DNA of 64,000 bases from Chthonomonadales bacterium (GCA_037443035.1 JBBIPC010000011.1:23367-87366); one strand, 5' to 3'. Shown: positions 37,552-48,507, counted from the first letter of the stretch. Program-made: numbers and translations. Notes: generated by a model from the letters alone, not told the origin.

Positions 37552-37580
37552 TTGCACAGGAACGAAGCTTGTGCTATAAT
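37552..37580 (+). promoter_or_regulatory. Near-consensus sigma70 promoter with extended -10, upstream of the surface-protein cluster
   Basis: TTGCAC (37552-37557), 17-bp spacer, TGcTATAAT (-10 at 37575-37580); RBS AGGAGG at 37660-37665. Confidence 0.75.
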
Positions 37581-37676
37581 CCGCGCGGCACAGCAGGGCG
37601 CTGCTCGTGGCTCGTTCATATGGACGGGCTTGCCACGACTGTGAGCGTGCTCTTCAGCTAGGAGGTAGGACCCGTC

Positions 37677-40600
37677 TTGAAAAGAGTGAGACTGACACAC
37701 CTCTGCTCCATCACACTGGTCTCCTCACTGCTCGCCTCAGCCTGTCTGGCGTATGGCCAGACTGGCGGGCTGATGAGTGGACCTCGACCTCCTCGCGGCA
37801 CGCCGTTTGTGGGTGTTACTGCGCCAATGCCGAAAGAGGTCACGCGCAAACCGCTCAGGAAGGGCCGGGCCGACGGCATAACGGCCGGTACCGTGGACAT
37901 CACGCCGAACACTCCGACGGTGGTGGATGGATCGCCGTTCTGGACGGCCGACGAGCGCTACATCTACTTCCACTCCAACCGCTCGAATCTGGCCGGAACG
38001 TCGGCGGGGAGCCTCATGCATGTGTACCGGATGAACCCGTCGGGGGCATCCGTGGTGGCGGTTACGGGGCCGCTGGCCTCGCCACAGATCGGCGCTAACG
38101 CGTCCCAGACCGAGCCAGCCCTGAGCCCGACCGGTACCCAGCTCGTCTACATCGAGACGACAACAAGCGGCGTCGTGGACCTTGTGGAGCTAAACCTCAA
38201 CTCCGGCGTCACCAAGTCGCTCGTCAAGAACAACCCCACGTTCAAGTTCGTGGCATTGAATGGTCCCGAATACGGCGCGTGGCCCGGTATGAATGCCGCA
38301 GTCATCTTTGCAGGTAAGACTAGTGCGGCCGGTCCCTTCAAACTCTATGCCGTGGATACGCAGACCGGCGTGATCGTGCAGATAACGACTGGCATATCCG
38401 ACGACCGCAACCCCACGCTCAGCCCGCCAGACGGCACCACGCAGACGAATTCCATCATCGCGTTCGACAGCAACCGGGCCGACCCGAACGGTACGAGCGT
38501 CAAGGCAACCCGCGATATCTGGGTCATTCCCATCGTGAACACTGCAGTGGCTGCGACGCAGGTCACCAACTTCTCCGCTAATGGACAGGCAGCAGACAAT
38601 GTCGAGCCTTCCTGGAGCACGAACAAGATTGACAGCAGCGGGTACATCAACGGCCAGCAGCTTATCGCCTTCGCGTCCACGCGTTACGATATGGACAACG
38701 ATGGCAACGCCAACGGTATCAACCCGAATGGATCGTGCGATATATATTGGTTGAAGGTAACCATCGGCAAGGACCAGAACAACCAGTACACGGTCCTGAC
38801 ACCGGAGAGCCAGAGCAACGTTGCGCTGAAGCTGCCCACCGGCGACCCGAGACACGTATACGACGACCGCTGGCCCGTCTGGCCCCAGTTCATAGCGAGC
38901 TATCGGGTGACGTTCCAGTCCAACAGAACATCCTACGATCCCGTGAGCGAGACGTCCAACCCGGCCAACCCTACGCCGACGACTCCCACGGACATCTTCG
39001 CCTCCACCCTGATGGATCTGAATGCTCCGACGCTGGTTCGCTTCGATGAGAGCTCGGGCGAGGTGGTGCGCGTTGAACCCCGTCTGGCTGCTCCGGGAAG
39101 CCCTGTCAGGATCGCCGTGAAAGTTGCCGATTTGGAAACCGGCGTCCGCGATGTCTACGTGCAGATCAAGAACCCGAACAGCAAGTACCAATCCGCCGAC
39201 GGCAGAGAACACAAGGTCTTCATCGGCGCGAGCATGAACCTGGACCAGAACAACATCGCCCAGCAGGTACCAGTGGAGTTCGAGAGCGAGCGCATCTATA
39301 TCGGTGACGATCCCACGAACCCGCTCGTCGGCACCTATGCACGTCCTCGGTACTTCGCCAGCCTCTCGGATTACTACGCCTTCAGCGGTGGTGGCAGCCC
39401 GCCCGATCCTGGCTGGCTCAAGCTCCAGTTCGAATCGCGCGACCCCGTTACCGGCGTTGCGACGTACGCGGCCACCTGGACAACGGACCGATATCCCAGC
39501 GATTACTACATAGATGTCATCGCCTACGATAACGCCAAGGATCCGTTCAGCAACGATAGCATCAACTGGAAGATCTACGACAACGTTTGGGGGTTCTCTA
39601 CTCAGCCATTCCAGGCAGGCGCTCACGGCATCCTCTTCGTGAGCGACTATGCCGCAGGGCAGAAGTTCTTCAGCAGCCGCTTCGGTCAGGCTGACCTGGT
39701 GAACGTGCACCATACCTTCTGGGGCACAGAGAGCTGGATGACGGACATCGATGTCAACCTGCTTCCACGCAGTTACATCAATAACACGACCGTTGGCGAG
39801 CTGGTGAATGTGCTGAACGCCCTGGGTGTCAAGTCGTACGGTGCTTACGACCCGCGGGATCCGTATACGGGCCTGGGGGCCGATGGCAGCGTGTTGGACG
39901 GAAGCGTGGCGGACGGCGTGGACGTTCCTGTCACGCAGCAGTACGATATCTGGCGGATCCTCTGCCGCGGACCGGTACCTGACTCCGTCCTTGCACAGTA
40001 CCTTCCCCACGCTGAGCAGCAGCCCCCGGATATTATCAACGGCGAGACTCAGCCGCGGGTAGTGACCGTGGCCCGCGGGTGCGTCATCTGGCACGCTCCC
40101 TACACGGGCAACGTCTTCGCTGGGCCGGGGACTCTGACCGATCTCCAGACACAGGTGCAGTTGCAGGCGTTCCTGCAGGCCGGCGGCCGCCTGCTCGTGA
40201 ATGGCCAGGACATCGGCTGGGCGCTGACGCTGGACGGCGCCGTGGCCAACAGCTTCCTGAGCACAGCTCTGAAAGCGCAGTACGTCCGCGACCATGCGGG
40301 AGCCAACCTGTTCCGCATGGGCGGCGGCGGGATTTTCATGACCTTCGGCATTCACAGCAGCTACCAGCTCACGGCGGCTGGCGCCTACAACCCGATCTCC
40401 CACGACCCGTGGGTCAACACGCCGAACAAGTATCTACCGTCGTCGCACCACCAGTGGCCGGGTCCGCCATTCCCGCCCGGCAACGAGGACTACATATCCC
40501 GGGATTCCAACTACTTTGCAGGCGGGAACGATGTCAACAATCCGCGGACGCTCGCGTGCCCGGGCGCGTTCTACCCGGACGTCGTGAACTCCATCGGTGG

Positions 40601-43289
40601 AGCGGTGCCTGACCTGACTTATGGAGGTGGTGGGACCGCTGTTCATCACTACCTCGATCCAGCCACGGGCAGCCGGATGGTCTATGTCCCGATGGGCTTG
40701 GAGGGACTGTTCCCGGACTGGTTCAATCCGCCGAATACCCAGAACATCATCGCGCTCAAGAACCGTCGGACCGAGCTCCTGCACAATTTCGTGTGCTGGG
40801 CGCGGACTGGAACCGTGAGCGGGACGGTACTGGATGTGGAAGGCGCCGGAGCGCCGCTGGCGAACGTGCTGGTTCGCCTCTCCAACAAGGCGTCCGGCGG
40901 TCAGCCCATCACTGCGTATACGGCGATGACAGCCGAAGACGGGCGGTTTTTCGTCAACGGTGTGGAGCCCGACGACTACGAGATTACAGCGGTCAAACCT
41001 GGTTACACTATCCAGAAGCCGACGTGGGTCACCGTTCATGGGGGCTCCAGAGACGAGATCAGCTTCCGGATGACGAAGGCCGAGCCGGCCGTGGTCCAGG
41101 GCAAAGTCACACGCATGGACGGTACGACACCGGTGGTGGGTGCTACCGTGACGCTGACCGACGTGTTGCCGCCCAACGCGACCTTCACAGCGACGACCGA
41201 TGCGACCGGATCCTACACCATCAGCCGCGTGCCTTCGCAGACGACGTACACGTTGACATGCAGCGCTCCAGGTTACGGAGCCAGCGTGCCGGCCAGCTAT
41301 CCTGTGCCCAACCCCAACGATCCCATTGCCGGGCAGCGTGACAAGGTTGTCATACCTGCGAAGGTCTATGTCGGCTTCGACTTCAAGCTGAAGGCCGAGC
41401 AGGGCGCAGCGACAGGTCGCGTGCTCGCCGAGGCTACGGACCAGCCCATCGCGGGCGCGACGGTAACGGCCACTCTGGGTACGCAGACTGTCACGGCTGT
41501 AACCGACGCCAACGGAAACTACTCGTTCAGCAAGACGAATACACCTGCGAACGGCCTCGATCCCGGCACATGGGGCTTTGTCGCTGCGGCACCCGGTTAT
41601 CAGCCGAACACGCCGATCACCGTAACGGTGAACAGCAACGAGACGGCGAACGTGCCTGTCATCAAGCTCCAGACGGTGCCGCCGGGAAGCGTATCGGGGC
41701 TCGTTTCACGCACGAGCGACGGCGCACCGCAGGCTGGTGTGCGAGTCGAGCTACGAGATCCCGCTGGCAACCTTGTCGCGGAAGGCACGACCGACGCAGG
41801 CTCGAACGTCGGCGGTTACACGTTCAACTACAAGCTGGACAACGTACCGGCTGGTGTGACGTACACCGTAACGGTGTCGGCTCAGGGCTTCACTCCGATA
41901 CCGGCGTCCAGGCAGGCCGCGGTGCAGAGCGGGACCGAGACAAAGAACGTGAACTTCCAGATGGATCCGCTCCACACGTTCTCCTCAGCGCTGTCACTGA
42001 TATCCGTTCCCTATGACTACACGTCTACGGATGCGGGCGACCTGCTGAGCATACCGGCCGCTGATCGAACCAACGGCACCTTCCTCCTGGCGACATGGGA
42101 CCTCCGGAAGTACCAGTACTATCCACAGCCGACCGTCAAGTCGCTCCAGCTCGGCCGCGGCTACTTCATGGCCTACCGGACGAACATCCCGCTCAGCACA
42201 GAAGGCGTTAGCGCAGACACGACTCGGCCCTTCGACATACCGCTGACGGTGGGCTGGAACCTGATCGGGAACCCCTTCAGGTTCGATCTCGACTGGACGA
42301 AGGTGCTGGTACTGGACGGCGGAGCCCTGAAGAGCTTCTCCGATGCCGTAGCCACGGGCGCCATAGGTTCGGCGCTGTACACCTACGTGAGTGGTAGTTA
42401 CGTTCTCGATTACAAGCTCGTACCCTGGAGAGGCTACTGGGTGCGTGCGTACCGCAATGTGATCCTGAAGCTGGATCCCGTCAACGGTGGGTACGGGCGC
42501 GCGGCTCAGGTTCCCACAGGCCGGGCGGTGCTGCGTGGCTCTCACGGCTGGGCCGTGAATCTGCGGGCCGAAGCTGGCGGGCTGGTGGATGGAGACAACA
42601 GGTTCGGCGTGGCGTCTGGCGCTTCGGATGGCTTCGATGGCTTCAAGGTGGAGAAGCCGCCCGTGTTCGGCGACCGGTACGTGTACCTTACGTTCGATCA
42701 TCCGGAATGGGCCGAGCGGGCAGGCGGTTACGGAGTGGATATCCGGGCTGCGACACCGTCGCCACGAAGCTGGGAGTTCACGGTGAGCACCTCTGGTGCA
42801 CGGACGATGGCAAGCCTGAGCTGGCCGGATGTCGCCACGATCAGCCGAAACGTCAGCCTGACCCTCGTGGACCTGGCGACTGGCACGACGCGCGACATGC
42901 GGACGAACAGCAGCTATGCCTGGGCCGTACCGGAGGGCACTGCCGAGCGGAAGTTCCGCATCGAGATGACGCCGAGGGATGGCTCCGCGCTGAGGATCAC
43001 GAGCGTTCGTGCGGCGCAGGTGGGTCGCAGTACGATGAGCGAGGTCACGTTCGTGACATCGGCGCCTGCCAATATTACAGCGCGGATCCTGAACAGCAGC
43101 GGTACGGTTGTCCGGACGCTGCCGGTGCAGACGGGTCGCGCGGCCGGAACGCAGCAACTGCGCTGGGATCAAAGAGATGCGCGCGGCGTTGTCATGCCTG
43201 CTGGCTCCTACCAGGTCGAAATCCGCGCGGTGACGCCGGACGGTAAGCAGAGCGCGCGTGCCATGGCAGTTCTGGTAGTAACGCGCTAG
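37677..43289 (+). CDS. Large secreted protein: TolB-like (PD40) propeller, central alpha/beta domain, carboxypeptidase-regulatory-like repeats, shared C-terminal module with FlgD-Ig-like domain
   Basis: TTG start with AGGAGG; signal peptide; PD40-like SPFWTADERYIYFHSNR, EPALSPTG, NPTLSP; four GxVxG...GATVT...TDxxGxY repeats; GWNLIGNPF; ends WDQRDARG...PAGSY...VLVVTR. Confidence 0.8.
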   Translation: MKRVRLTHLCSITLVSSLLASACLAYGQTGGLMSGPRPPRGTPFVGVTAPMPKEVTRKPLRKGRADGITAGTVDITPNTPTVVDGSPFWTADERYIYFHSNRSNLAGTSAGSLMHVYRMNPSGASVVAVTGPLASPQIGANASQTEPALSPTGTQLVYIETTTSGVVDLVELNLNSGVTKSLVKNNPTFKFVALNGPEYGAWPGMNAAVIFAGKTSAAGPFKLYAVDTQTGVIVQITTGISDDRNPTLSPPDGTTQTNSIIAFDSNRADPNGTSVKATRDIWVIPIVNTAVAATQVTNFSANGQAADNVEPSWSTNKIDSSGYINGQQLIAFASTRYDMDNDGNANGINPNGSCDIYWLKVTIGKDQNNQYTVLTPESQSNVALKLPTGDPRHVYDDRWPVWPQFIASYRVTFQSNRTSYDPVSETSNPANPTPTTPTDIFASTLMDLNAPTLVRFDESSGEVVRVEPRLAAPGSPVRIAVKVADLETGVRDVYVQIKNPNSKYQSADGREHKVFIGASMNLDQNNIAQQVPVEFESERIYIGDDPTNPLVGTYARPRYFASLSDYYAFSGGGSPPDPGWLKLQFESRDPVTGVATYAATWTTDRYPSDYYIDVIAYDNAKDPFSNDSINWKIYDNVWGFSTQPFQAGAHGILFVSDYAAGQKFFSSRFGQADLVNVHHTFWGTESWMTDIDVNLLPRSYINNTTVGELVNVLNALGVKSYGAYDPRDPYTGLGADGSVLDGSVADGVDVPVTQQYDIWRILCRGPVPDSVLAQYLPHAEQQPPDIINGETQPRVVTVARGCVIWHAPYTGNVFAGPGTLTDLQTQVQLQAFLQAGGRLLVNGQDIGWALTLDGAVANSFLSTALKAQYVRDHAGANLFRMGGGGIFMTFGIHSSYQLTAAGAYNPISHDPWVNTPNKYLPSSHHQWPGPPFPPGNEDYISRDSNYFAGGNDVNNPRTLACPGAFYPDVVNSIGGAVPDLTYGGGGTAVHHYLDPATGSRMVYVPMGLEGLFPDWFNPPNTQNIIALKNRRTELLHNFVCWARTGTVSGTVLDVEGAGAPLANVLVRLSNKASGGQPITAYTAMTAEDGRFFVNGVEPDDYEITAVKPGYTIQKPTWVTVHGGSRDEISFRMTKAEPAVVQGKVTRMDGTTPVVGATVTLTDVLPPNATFTATTDATGSYTISRVPSQTTYTLTCSAPGYGASVPASYPVPNPNDPIAGQRDKVVIPAKVYVGFDFKLKAEQGAATGRVLAEATDQPIAGATVTATLGTQTVTAVTDANGNYSFSKTNTPANGLDPGTWGFVAAAPGYQPNTPITVTVNSNETANVPVIKLQTVPPGSVSGLVSRTSDGAPQAGVRVELRDPAGNLVAEGTTDAGSNVGGYTFNYKLDNVPAGVTYTVTVSAQGFTPIPASRQAAVQSGTETKNVNFQMDPLHTFSSALSLISVPYDYTSTDAGDLLSIPAADRTNGTFLLATWDLRKYQYYPQPTVKSLQLGRGYFMAYRTNIPLSTEGVSADTTRPFDIPLTVGWNLIGNPFRFDLDWTKVLVLDGGALKSFSDAVATGAIGSALYTYVSGSYVLDYKLVPWRGYWVRAYRNVILKLDPVNGGYGRAAQVPTGRAVLRGSHGWAVNLRAEAGGLVDGDNRFGVASGASDGFDGFKVEKPPVFGDRYVYLTFDHPEWAERAGGYGVDIRAATPSPRSWEFTVSTSGARTMASLSWPDVATISRNVSLTLVDLATGTTRDMRTNSSYAWAVPEGTAERKFRIEMTPRDGSALRITSVRAAQVGRSTMSEVTFVTSAPANITARILNSSGTVVRTLPVQTGRAAGTQQLRWDQRDARGVVMPAGSYQVEIRAVTPDGKQSARAMAVLVVTR

Positions 43290-43297
43290 TGACGAAT

Positions 43298-43331
43298 TAG
43301 GGCGGCAGGGAGGAAACGTCCTACCGCCCTA
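43298..43331 (+). terminator. Intergenic hairpin after the first cluster gene
   Basis: tagggcggcagg...cctaccgcccta (one mismatch); no U tract. Confidence 0.4.
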
Positions 43332-43502
43332 GCGAACGATGTAAGAGAGGTATACGAGCGAGAGGGCGATACGGGTATCACTATAGCCATGAGGTGATGT
43401 CCGCTCGCTGGAAGATCGCCTAGAACCGAGGTACGACGTTTGCCACGCGCCTGGCGCTTCGCTAGCAGCGTGGGAAATGTGATCCAGGGAGGAACTCTCA
43501 GA

Positions 43503-45425
43503 GTGAAACGGATCAGGAAAAGCAGGGCCGCCCGGTCCTTGAGCTGGCTGTTGACGGTCGCGATGCTCGCGCCGCTAGCGTGTCGGGTCATAGGTCCGGG
43601 TGCAGCGAACGCTCAGGCGGCCGTCAGCGGCAGCGTTCAGACTGTGATCGTCATTGATTTCGCCAACAAGCCGGGATTCCTGGGCGAAGCGCTCGCACGG
43701 CGAGCTACCGACGCAGTCGCCGTGGAACTGGCCAACTCCGCCCGCTTTGAGGTCCTCAGACGGGACGAAGTGGATCGGCAAGCTGCTACCCTGGGCCTGA
43801 AGAAGCCTTACGACATGGTGGCTCAGACGAAGCTTGCCGCGGCTCTGGGGGCTACCGTGGTGGTCACTGGCGAGATTGCCTTCGTGGCGCCTGTGGTAAA
43901 GTCCGAGCCCAAGCAAGTCGTTGCCGGCCTGAAGGTCATGATGAGGCAGCCGGGCTCGCCGGAGCTGATCAATGGCGCAGCACAGATCGGCGAGGCTCGG
44001 GCCAGGCCGGGGCTGAGCGATGACGAAAGCTTGGCTCAGGAAGCCGTTGACAATGCAGCCGTCCTCTGTGTCAAGCAGATGCTTGCCACGAATCTCCCCG
44101 AAGGGACCATCGTCAGCACCGTCGGTCAGCCCTCTAGTCTGCAGATATTGATCAACAGGGGATCGCGCGACGGCGTGCAGCAAGGTATGCAGATGATCGT
44201 TACGCGCGAGCGCCAGCGAGTGGGGAAGATCCAGGTGACGAACGTGTTCGCGGCAGACTCCGAAGCGAAGCCGGTGGAGAACACGTTGGGCATTCGTCCC
44301 GAGGATAAGGTCAGGGCGATCTTCCCGATGCCCGAGTTCCCCAAGCTCGCTGGTATCAAGGGCGTCAAGACCGGGCCGACAGCTCCGAGGGGCTCCCTGA
44401 GCGCTCTGGGTAAGGTGCTGGTTGTCCTAGCGGCAGGAATCGTCATAGCGGCCGCCGTGGTCGGAGGCAAGAACACAAGCGTGACGGGTGTCACCGCCGA
44501 AGCCGATGTGGATGGCGTGACTCCTGTCGTTCGCATCTCCTGGCGGGACAACTTCTGGGGCGCAACTACGTTGGAACACCAAATCTGGCGGAATCCGGAC
44601 GCGCCGTACAACTTCCAGGGCGATCCCATCGCCTCGAAGCAGTACGAGCCACAGTATGTGGACCGCCCTGCTCCTTACAGCTACTGGGATGGGGCTCGAA
44701 GTTATCTGCGCGCTCCGTTGCCGGGTACGGGAGGAGGCGGCGGTGGTACTTCCGGCGGTTCCCAGGCTGAGACGGTGACGCCGGATGCTGGCGCTGTCCC
44801 AGGCTTCACCATCGGTCAGACGTACACCTACTCCATCACGGGCGTCATCCGCCGTCCCCTAGCCATCTCGAATACTGGCGGCCAGGGTGGTGGCGGCGGC
44901 AATAACCAGATCGGCACCGAGGATGTGGGCACCGAGCCGGTCACGTCCGGGCCGGTCACTCCGGTGGCTCAGCCGCAGCTAATCAATCCCGAGAACATGT
45001 ACACCAACGTGGACCTCACCAGGTTCAACCCGACGTGGCTGAGCACGACGGGTGCGGATGTGTTCGTCGTGGAAGTGAGCACGGACCGTACGTTCAAGAA
45101 CCGGTCGCTGATCCTGCAGCTTCCGACAGTCTATTCGACAGCGCCACTCGCCACGGGTGTGACGCAGGTGCTGCCATCGTCGGTGGACCTAACGACGAAC
45201 CCAGTCCTGCTGCGAGACCGGAACTTCGCGAACTACGTCAACCGCGTGCCCAACACTCCCAAGCCCACTCTCTACTGGCGCGTGGGAGCGAGAAACGACA
45301 ATGATCGCCCCGGACCCGTGCACTGGATCACGCGCAACCATGGCGATGGCGACAGGACATTCCGGTACGTCTATTCGGAGGTGAGGAGCTTCACGCCTGC
45401 CGACATGCCGCCTCCGCCTCCGTAG
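43503..45425 (+). CDS. CsgG/FlgT-like protein: CsgG-like N-terminal domain, FlgT_C-like beta domain, central hydrophobic segment, FN3-like domains, C-terminal poly-Pro
   Basis: GTG after GGGAGGA; signal peptide; VIVIDFANK...ELANSARFEVLRRDEV...LGATVVVTGEI; ILINRGSRDGVQQGM...VGKIQV...GIRPEDKV; TM LGKVLVVLAAGIVIAAAVVGG; ends DMPPPP. Confidence 0.65.
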   Translation: MKRIRKSRAARSLSWLLTVAMLAPLACRVIGPGAANAQAAVSGSVQTVIVIDFANKPGFLGEALARRATDAVAVELANSARFEVLRRDEVDRQAATLGLKKPYDMVAQTKLAAALGATVVVTGEIAFVAPVVKSEPKQVVAGLKVMMRQPGSPELINGAAQIGEARARPGLSDDESLAQEAVDNAAVLCVKQMLATNLPEGTIVSTVGQPSSLQILINRGSRDGVQQGMQMIVTRERQRVGKIQVTNVFAADSEAKPVENTLGIRPEDKVRAIFPMPEFPKLAGIKGVKTGPTAPRGSLSALGKVLVVLAAGIVIAAAVVGGKNTSVTGVTAEADVDGVTPVVRISWRDNFWGATTLEHQIWRNPDAPYNFQGDPIASKQYEPQYVDRPAPYSYWDGARSYLRAPLPGTGGGGGGTSGGSQAETVTPDAGAVPGFTIGQTYTYSITGVIRRPLAISNTGGQGGGGGNNQIGTEDVGTEPVTSGPVTPVAQPQLINPENMYTNVDLTRFNPTWLSTTGADVFVVEVSTDRTFKNRSLILQLPTVYSTAPLATGVTQVLPSSVDLTTNPVLLRDRNFANYVNRVPNTPKPTLYWRVGARNDNDRPGPVHWITRNHGDGDRTFRYVYSEVRSFTPADMPPPPP

Positions 45426-45449
45426 CGGTGGCACGGCAGCTCTAGGATG

Positions 45450-45480
45450 GTGGGCGTCACGTGAGGGTGTGACGCCCCAC
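45450..45480 (+). terminator. Intergenic hairpin
   Basis: gtgggcgtcac-gtgagggt-gtgacgccccac. Confidence 0.4.
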
Positions 45481-45510
45481 TCTCGGAATGCGTGAGAGGA
45501 GCTTGGAAGC

Positions 45511-48507
45511 ATGATGAGATGGCTTCGAGTCTTGATAGCCGGTACCCTGGCAGCGGCGATGCTAGCCGGCTTCGGTGTTGGGGCGGCCCAGGCTGCGGAC
45601 CGGCCGGCGTTTGTGCCTGGCGAGGTGGTTGTTTGGGCCCAGCCCGGGGTAGGGGAACAGGCCGTTCGGCAGGCGCTCGCATCCGCCAACTGCGATCTCG
45701 TGCGCGCAACGCTGATGGAAGGCGTCTACCTGGCGCGTGTCAAGTCTAGCGGACCGGTTAGCGACCAGGTTACTCTGGATACCGTCGCTGCCCTTCGGCA
45801 GAATCCCGCATTCCAATGGGTGGGCGCCAACAGCATCAAGTACGCACTGGACACCACCCCCAACGACCCGCGGTACCGGGAGCAGTGGCACCTGCCGCTC
45901 ATGAACATGCCGCAGGCTTGGGACATCGAGAAAGGCTCCGCCAATGTCGTCGTCGCTGTCATTGACACTGGCGTCGATACAACCCATCCTGACTTGAAGG
46001 ACCGCCTGCTTCCAGGCTACAACAGCAGTGGTTCAGGTTCGACTACGGATCCGACCGATACGAACGGCCATGGCACCCATGTGTCCGGTATCATTGCCGC
46101 GACAACCGACAACGGTGTCGGGGTCGCCGGTGTTACGTTCCAAGGCGTCAAGATCCTTCCGATCAAAGCTGGGGATGGTGGCTTCACACTCACGGCTTTG
46201 GTGGATGCACTGACCTTCGCGGAGAAGCAGGGCGTCCAGGTCGTGAACATGAGCCTGGGTTCCGCTACGACGAGCGACACGCCTCCTTCCCAGCTTCCTC
46301 CGGACGAGGCGAAGATCGTCCAGATGGCGAAGAACGGCGTTGTCTTCGCACTGGCGGCTGGAAACAGCTTCGATAGCGGAAACCCACCCTTCTCACCGGC
46401 TTACCTGGCGCAACTCGATGATCACATTCTTTGTGTTGCAGCCTGTGACAAACGGAAAGGACACGCCTACTACTCTGAGGCGAGGCCCTACACAACAATC
46501 GCTGCACCTGGCGGTGACCAGACGGCGGCAACCAGCGATGGTGTACTGAGTACGTACCTCATGTCAGCGGGTGGGTATGCCTTCGAGCAGGGAACTTCCA
46601 TGGCGGCGCCCAATGCCGCTGGTGTGGTGGCGCTTCTCCTCAGCGCTGGGGCAGACGCCAGCGCGATCAAGAGTATTCTGACCACAACGGCCGATACCTC
46701 CATGATGACCAAGGTGCCGGACGACCGTTTTGGCTATGGCGTCATCGATGCATACAAGGCGCTTCTCGTCGGCGCGGTATCGGTGACCGTTGTCGAGCCA
46801 GATGGGACAGGTGGGAAGGCGTCGGCTGGTGGCATCGTGAGGAATCCTGACCCGGTGGAAACGCTCCGGCCCGTGATTCGGATCGCTGTTAGCCAGATTA
46901 CACCGGACAACCTGACGGTCACCCTGAACGGGCAGGTTACCACGGCCTGGACGGTGGAGAACGTTACGAGGACTGCCAAGAATGCCGCAGGCGACGATGT
47001 GCCCATCGTTTACGAGGCAGTGCTCCGCGACATAGACATGCCCGGCGGGCAGAACATCGTGGAAGTCACGGGTGTCAAGCCGGGACCGCCGGACCGGGTG
47101 GTGACAGACTTGCGGCGGTTCGTCATCGTACCGCACCAGATTCCGTCCGGTCGGTCCATGGTGGCGTTCCCCTACTATCAGGATGGCGTCACGCCGGAGA
47201 CCTATCTTGGGACAGACTTCCGATTGGCGCGGTGGCTTCCGCTCGAGAGCCGGTACGCCGTCTACGCACCGGCGATCGGTACCGAACCTGGCGCGTCCTT
47301 TGCACCTCCGGACATCGCACCACGGCCTGACGGCGAAGCGCTGCCGAAGTATCCGCTGGGTATCGCTTACTGGGCGGACGTGGAGTCGCTCAAGCCGGTC
47401 CTGACGAAAGGCCAACCCGTGGCCAGCAAGCCTTTCGTCATCCCGTTGAGAGGGCGAGGGGGTCTGGGCGTGCCGATTAGCTGGAATATGGTCGGCTGCC
47501 CGTTCCCATTCGACGTACCGTTCAACGCGCTGCTGGTGGACACGCCAGAGGGACGGATCAGCATCGGCAACGCGGTTTCCAGAGGCTACCTATTGCCGAA
47601 CATCTACTCGTATGATGGCGCTAATGGCTATACGTTCCGCACCCTGCCGGACGGTGCGCTCAAGGCGTGGCAGGGGCACTGGGTCGGGGTGACCAGCGTC
47701 GCCGATGTGGCCCTAGTCGTCCCGCCGGTCAGGGTGAGCCGGGCGGCAGCGGCAACGACGGCGGATCGCTCAGGCTGGAAACTCCAGATCGCCGTGAGCG
47801 GCGCTGGGCTCAACGATGCGTGCAACTTCGTGGGCGTTGCGCCGGGCGCTTCTGACGGCAAGGATCTCAACGATGTACCCAAGCCGCCCATGGTGTCGCC
47901 CTACGTGGTGCTGGGCGTAAAGGATGCGGCCGACTCCCGAGGCGCCCTGCTGGCGCAGGACTTGCGGGCCCCAGGCGGACAGAAAACGTGGACAGTGATG
48001 GTGAGCACAGACGTGCCGAACACGGATCTGACGCTTCGATGGAACAGCGTGGGTACATGGCCTCGCGGAATGCGGATTACGATCACGGATACCGCCACAG
48101 GCCAGACCGTGGATATGCGCACTCGCGCCTCGATGGTGATCAACTCAGGCCCGGATGCAGCACCGCGGGAGCTGACGATTACAGCGACGCCTGGGGGCTC
48201 CTCCGCTCTGCGAATCACCAATGTGGCGGTCCGCACAGGACAATCCAGAGCATCGGGTGCGGTCCAGTTGGACTTCACCCTGTCCACAGCAGCACACTGC
48301 GACGTGAAGGTGCTAGGGGCCGACGGTAGGACGGTGAGTACGGTGACGTCGCGCGCGGGCCTTAGCGGGGATGTCCACCTCATCTGGAATGGCAAGGATG
48401 CGGCCGGTCGCAGCGTGCCAGCCGGCACCTACCTGATGCAGATACGTGCTGTCACTCCAGACGGCGAGGCGGTCCGAGTCATTCAGCCGTTCGCCCTGGT
48501 ACGATGA
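45511..48507 (+). CDS. S8 subtilisin-like serine protease with the shared C-terminal module and FlgD-Ig-like domain
   Basis: Signal peptide and prodomain; catalytic triad VAVIDTGV, NGHGTHVSG, QGTSMAAP; oxyanion AAGN; SWNMVGCPF; ends WNGKDAAG...PAGTY...PFALVR. Confidence 0.9.
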   Translation: MMRWLRVLIAGTLAAAMLAGFGVGAAQAADRPAFVPGEVVVWAQPGVGEQAVRQALASANCDLVRATLMEGVYLARVKSSGPVSDQVTLDTVAALRQNPAFQWVGANSIKYALDTTPNDPRYREQWHLPLMNMPQAWDIEKGSANVVVAVIDTGVDTTHPDLKDRLLPGYNSSGSGSTTDPTDTNGHGTHVSGIIAATTDNGVGVAGVTFQGVKILPIKAGDGGFTLTALVDALTFAEKQGVQVVNMSLGSATTSDTPPSQLPPDEAKIVQMAKNGVVFALAAGNSFDSGNPPFSPAYLAQLDDHILCVAACDKRKGHAYYSEARPYTTIAAPGGDQTAATSDGVLSTYLMSAGGYAFEQGTSMAAPNAAGVVALLLSAGADASAIKSILTTTADTSMMTKVPDDRFGYGVIDAYKALLVGAVSVTVVEPDGTGGKASAGGIVRNPDPVETLRPVIRIAVSQITPDNLTVTLNGQVTTAWTVENVTRTAKNAAGDDVPIVYEAVLRDIDMPGGQNIVEVTGVKPGPPDRVVTDLRRFVIVPHQIPSGRSMVAFPYYQDGVTPETYLGTDFRLARWLPLESRYAVYAPAIGTEPGASFAPPDIAPRPDGEALPKYPLGIAYWADVESLKPVLTKGQPVASKPFVIPLRGRGGLGVPISWNMVGCPFPFDVPFNALLVDTPEGRISIGNAVSRGYLLPNIYSYDGANGYTFRTLPDGALKAWQGHWVGVTSVADVALVVPPVRVSRAAAATTADRSGWKLQIAVSGAGLNDACNFVGVAPGASDGKDLNDVPKPPMVSPYVVLGVKDAADSRGALLAQDLRAPGGQKTWTVMVSTDVPNTDLTLRWNSVGTWPRGMRITITDTATGQTVDMRTRASMVINSGPDAAPRELTITATPGGSSALRITNVAVRTGQSRASGAVQLDFTLSTAAHCDVKVLGADGRTVSTVTSRAGLSGDVHLIWNGKDAAGRSVPAGTYLMQIRAVTPDGEAVRVIQPFALVR

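Noticed and set aside
38190..40403. 737-aa antisense ORF (likewise 52982-54622 and 54863-56011)
   Set aside because: Antisense to long genes with clear signal peptides and domain motifs; composition is typical of shadow frames.
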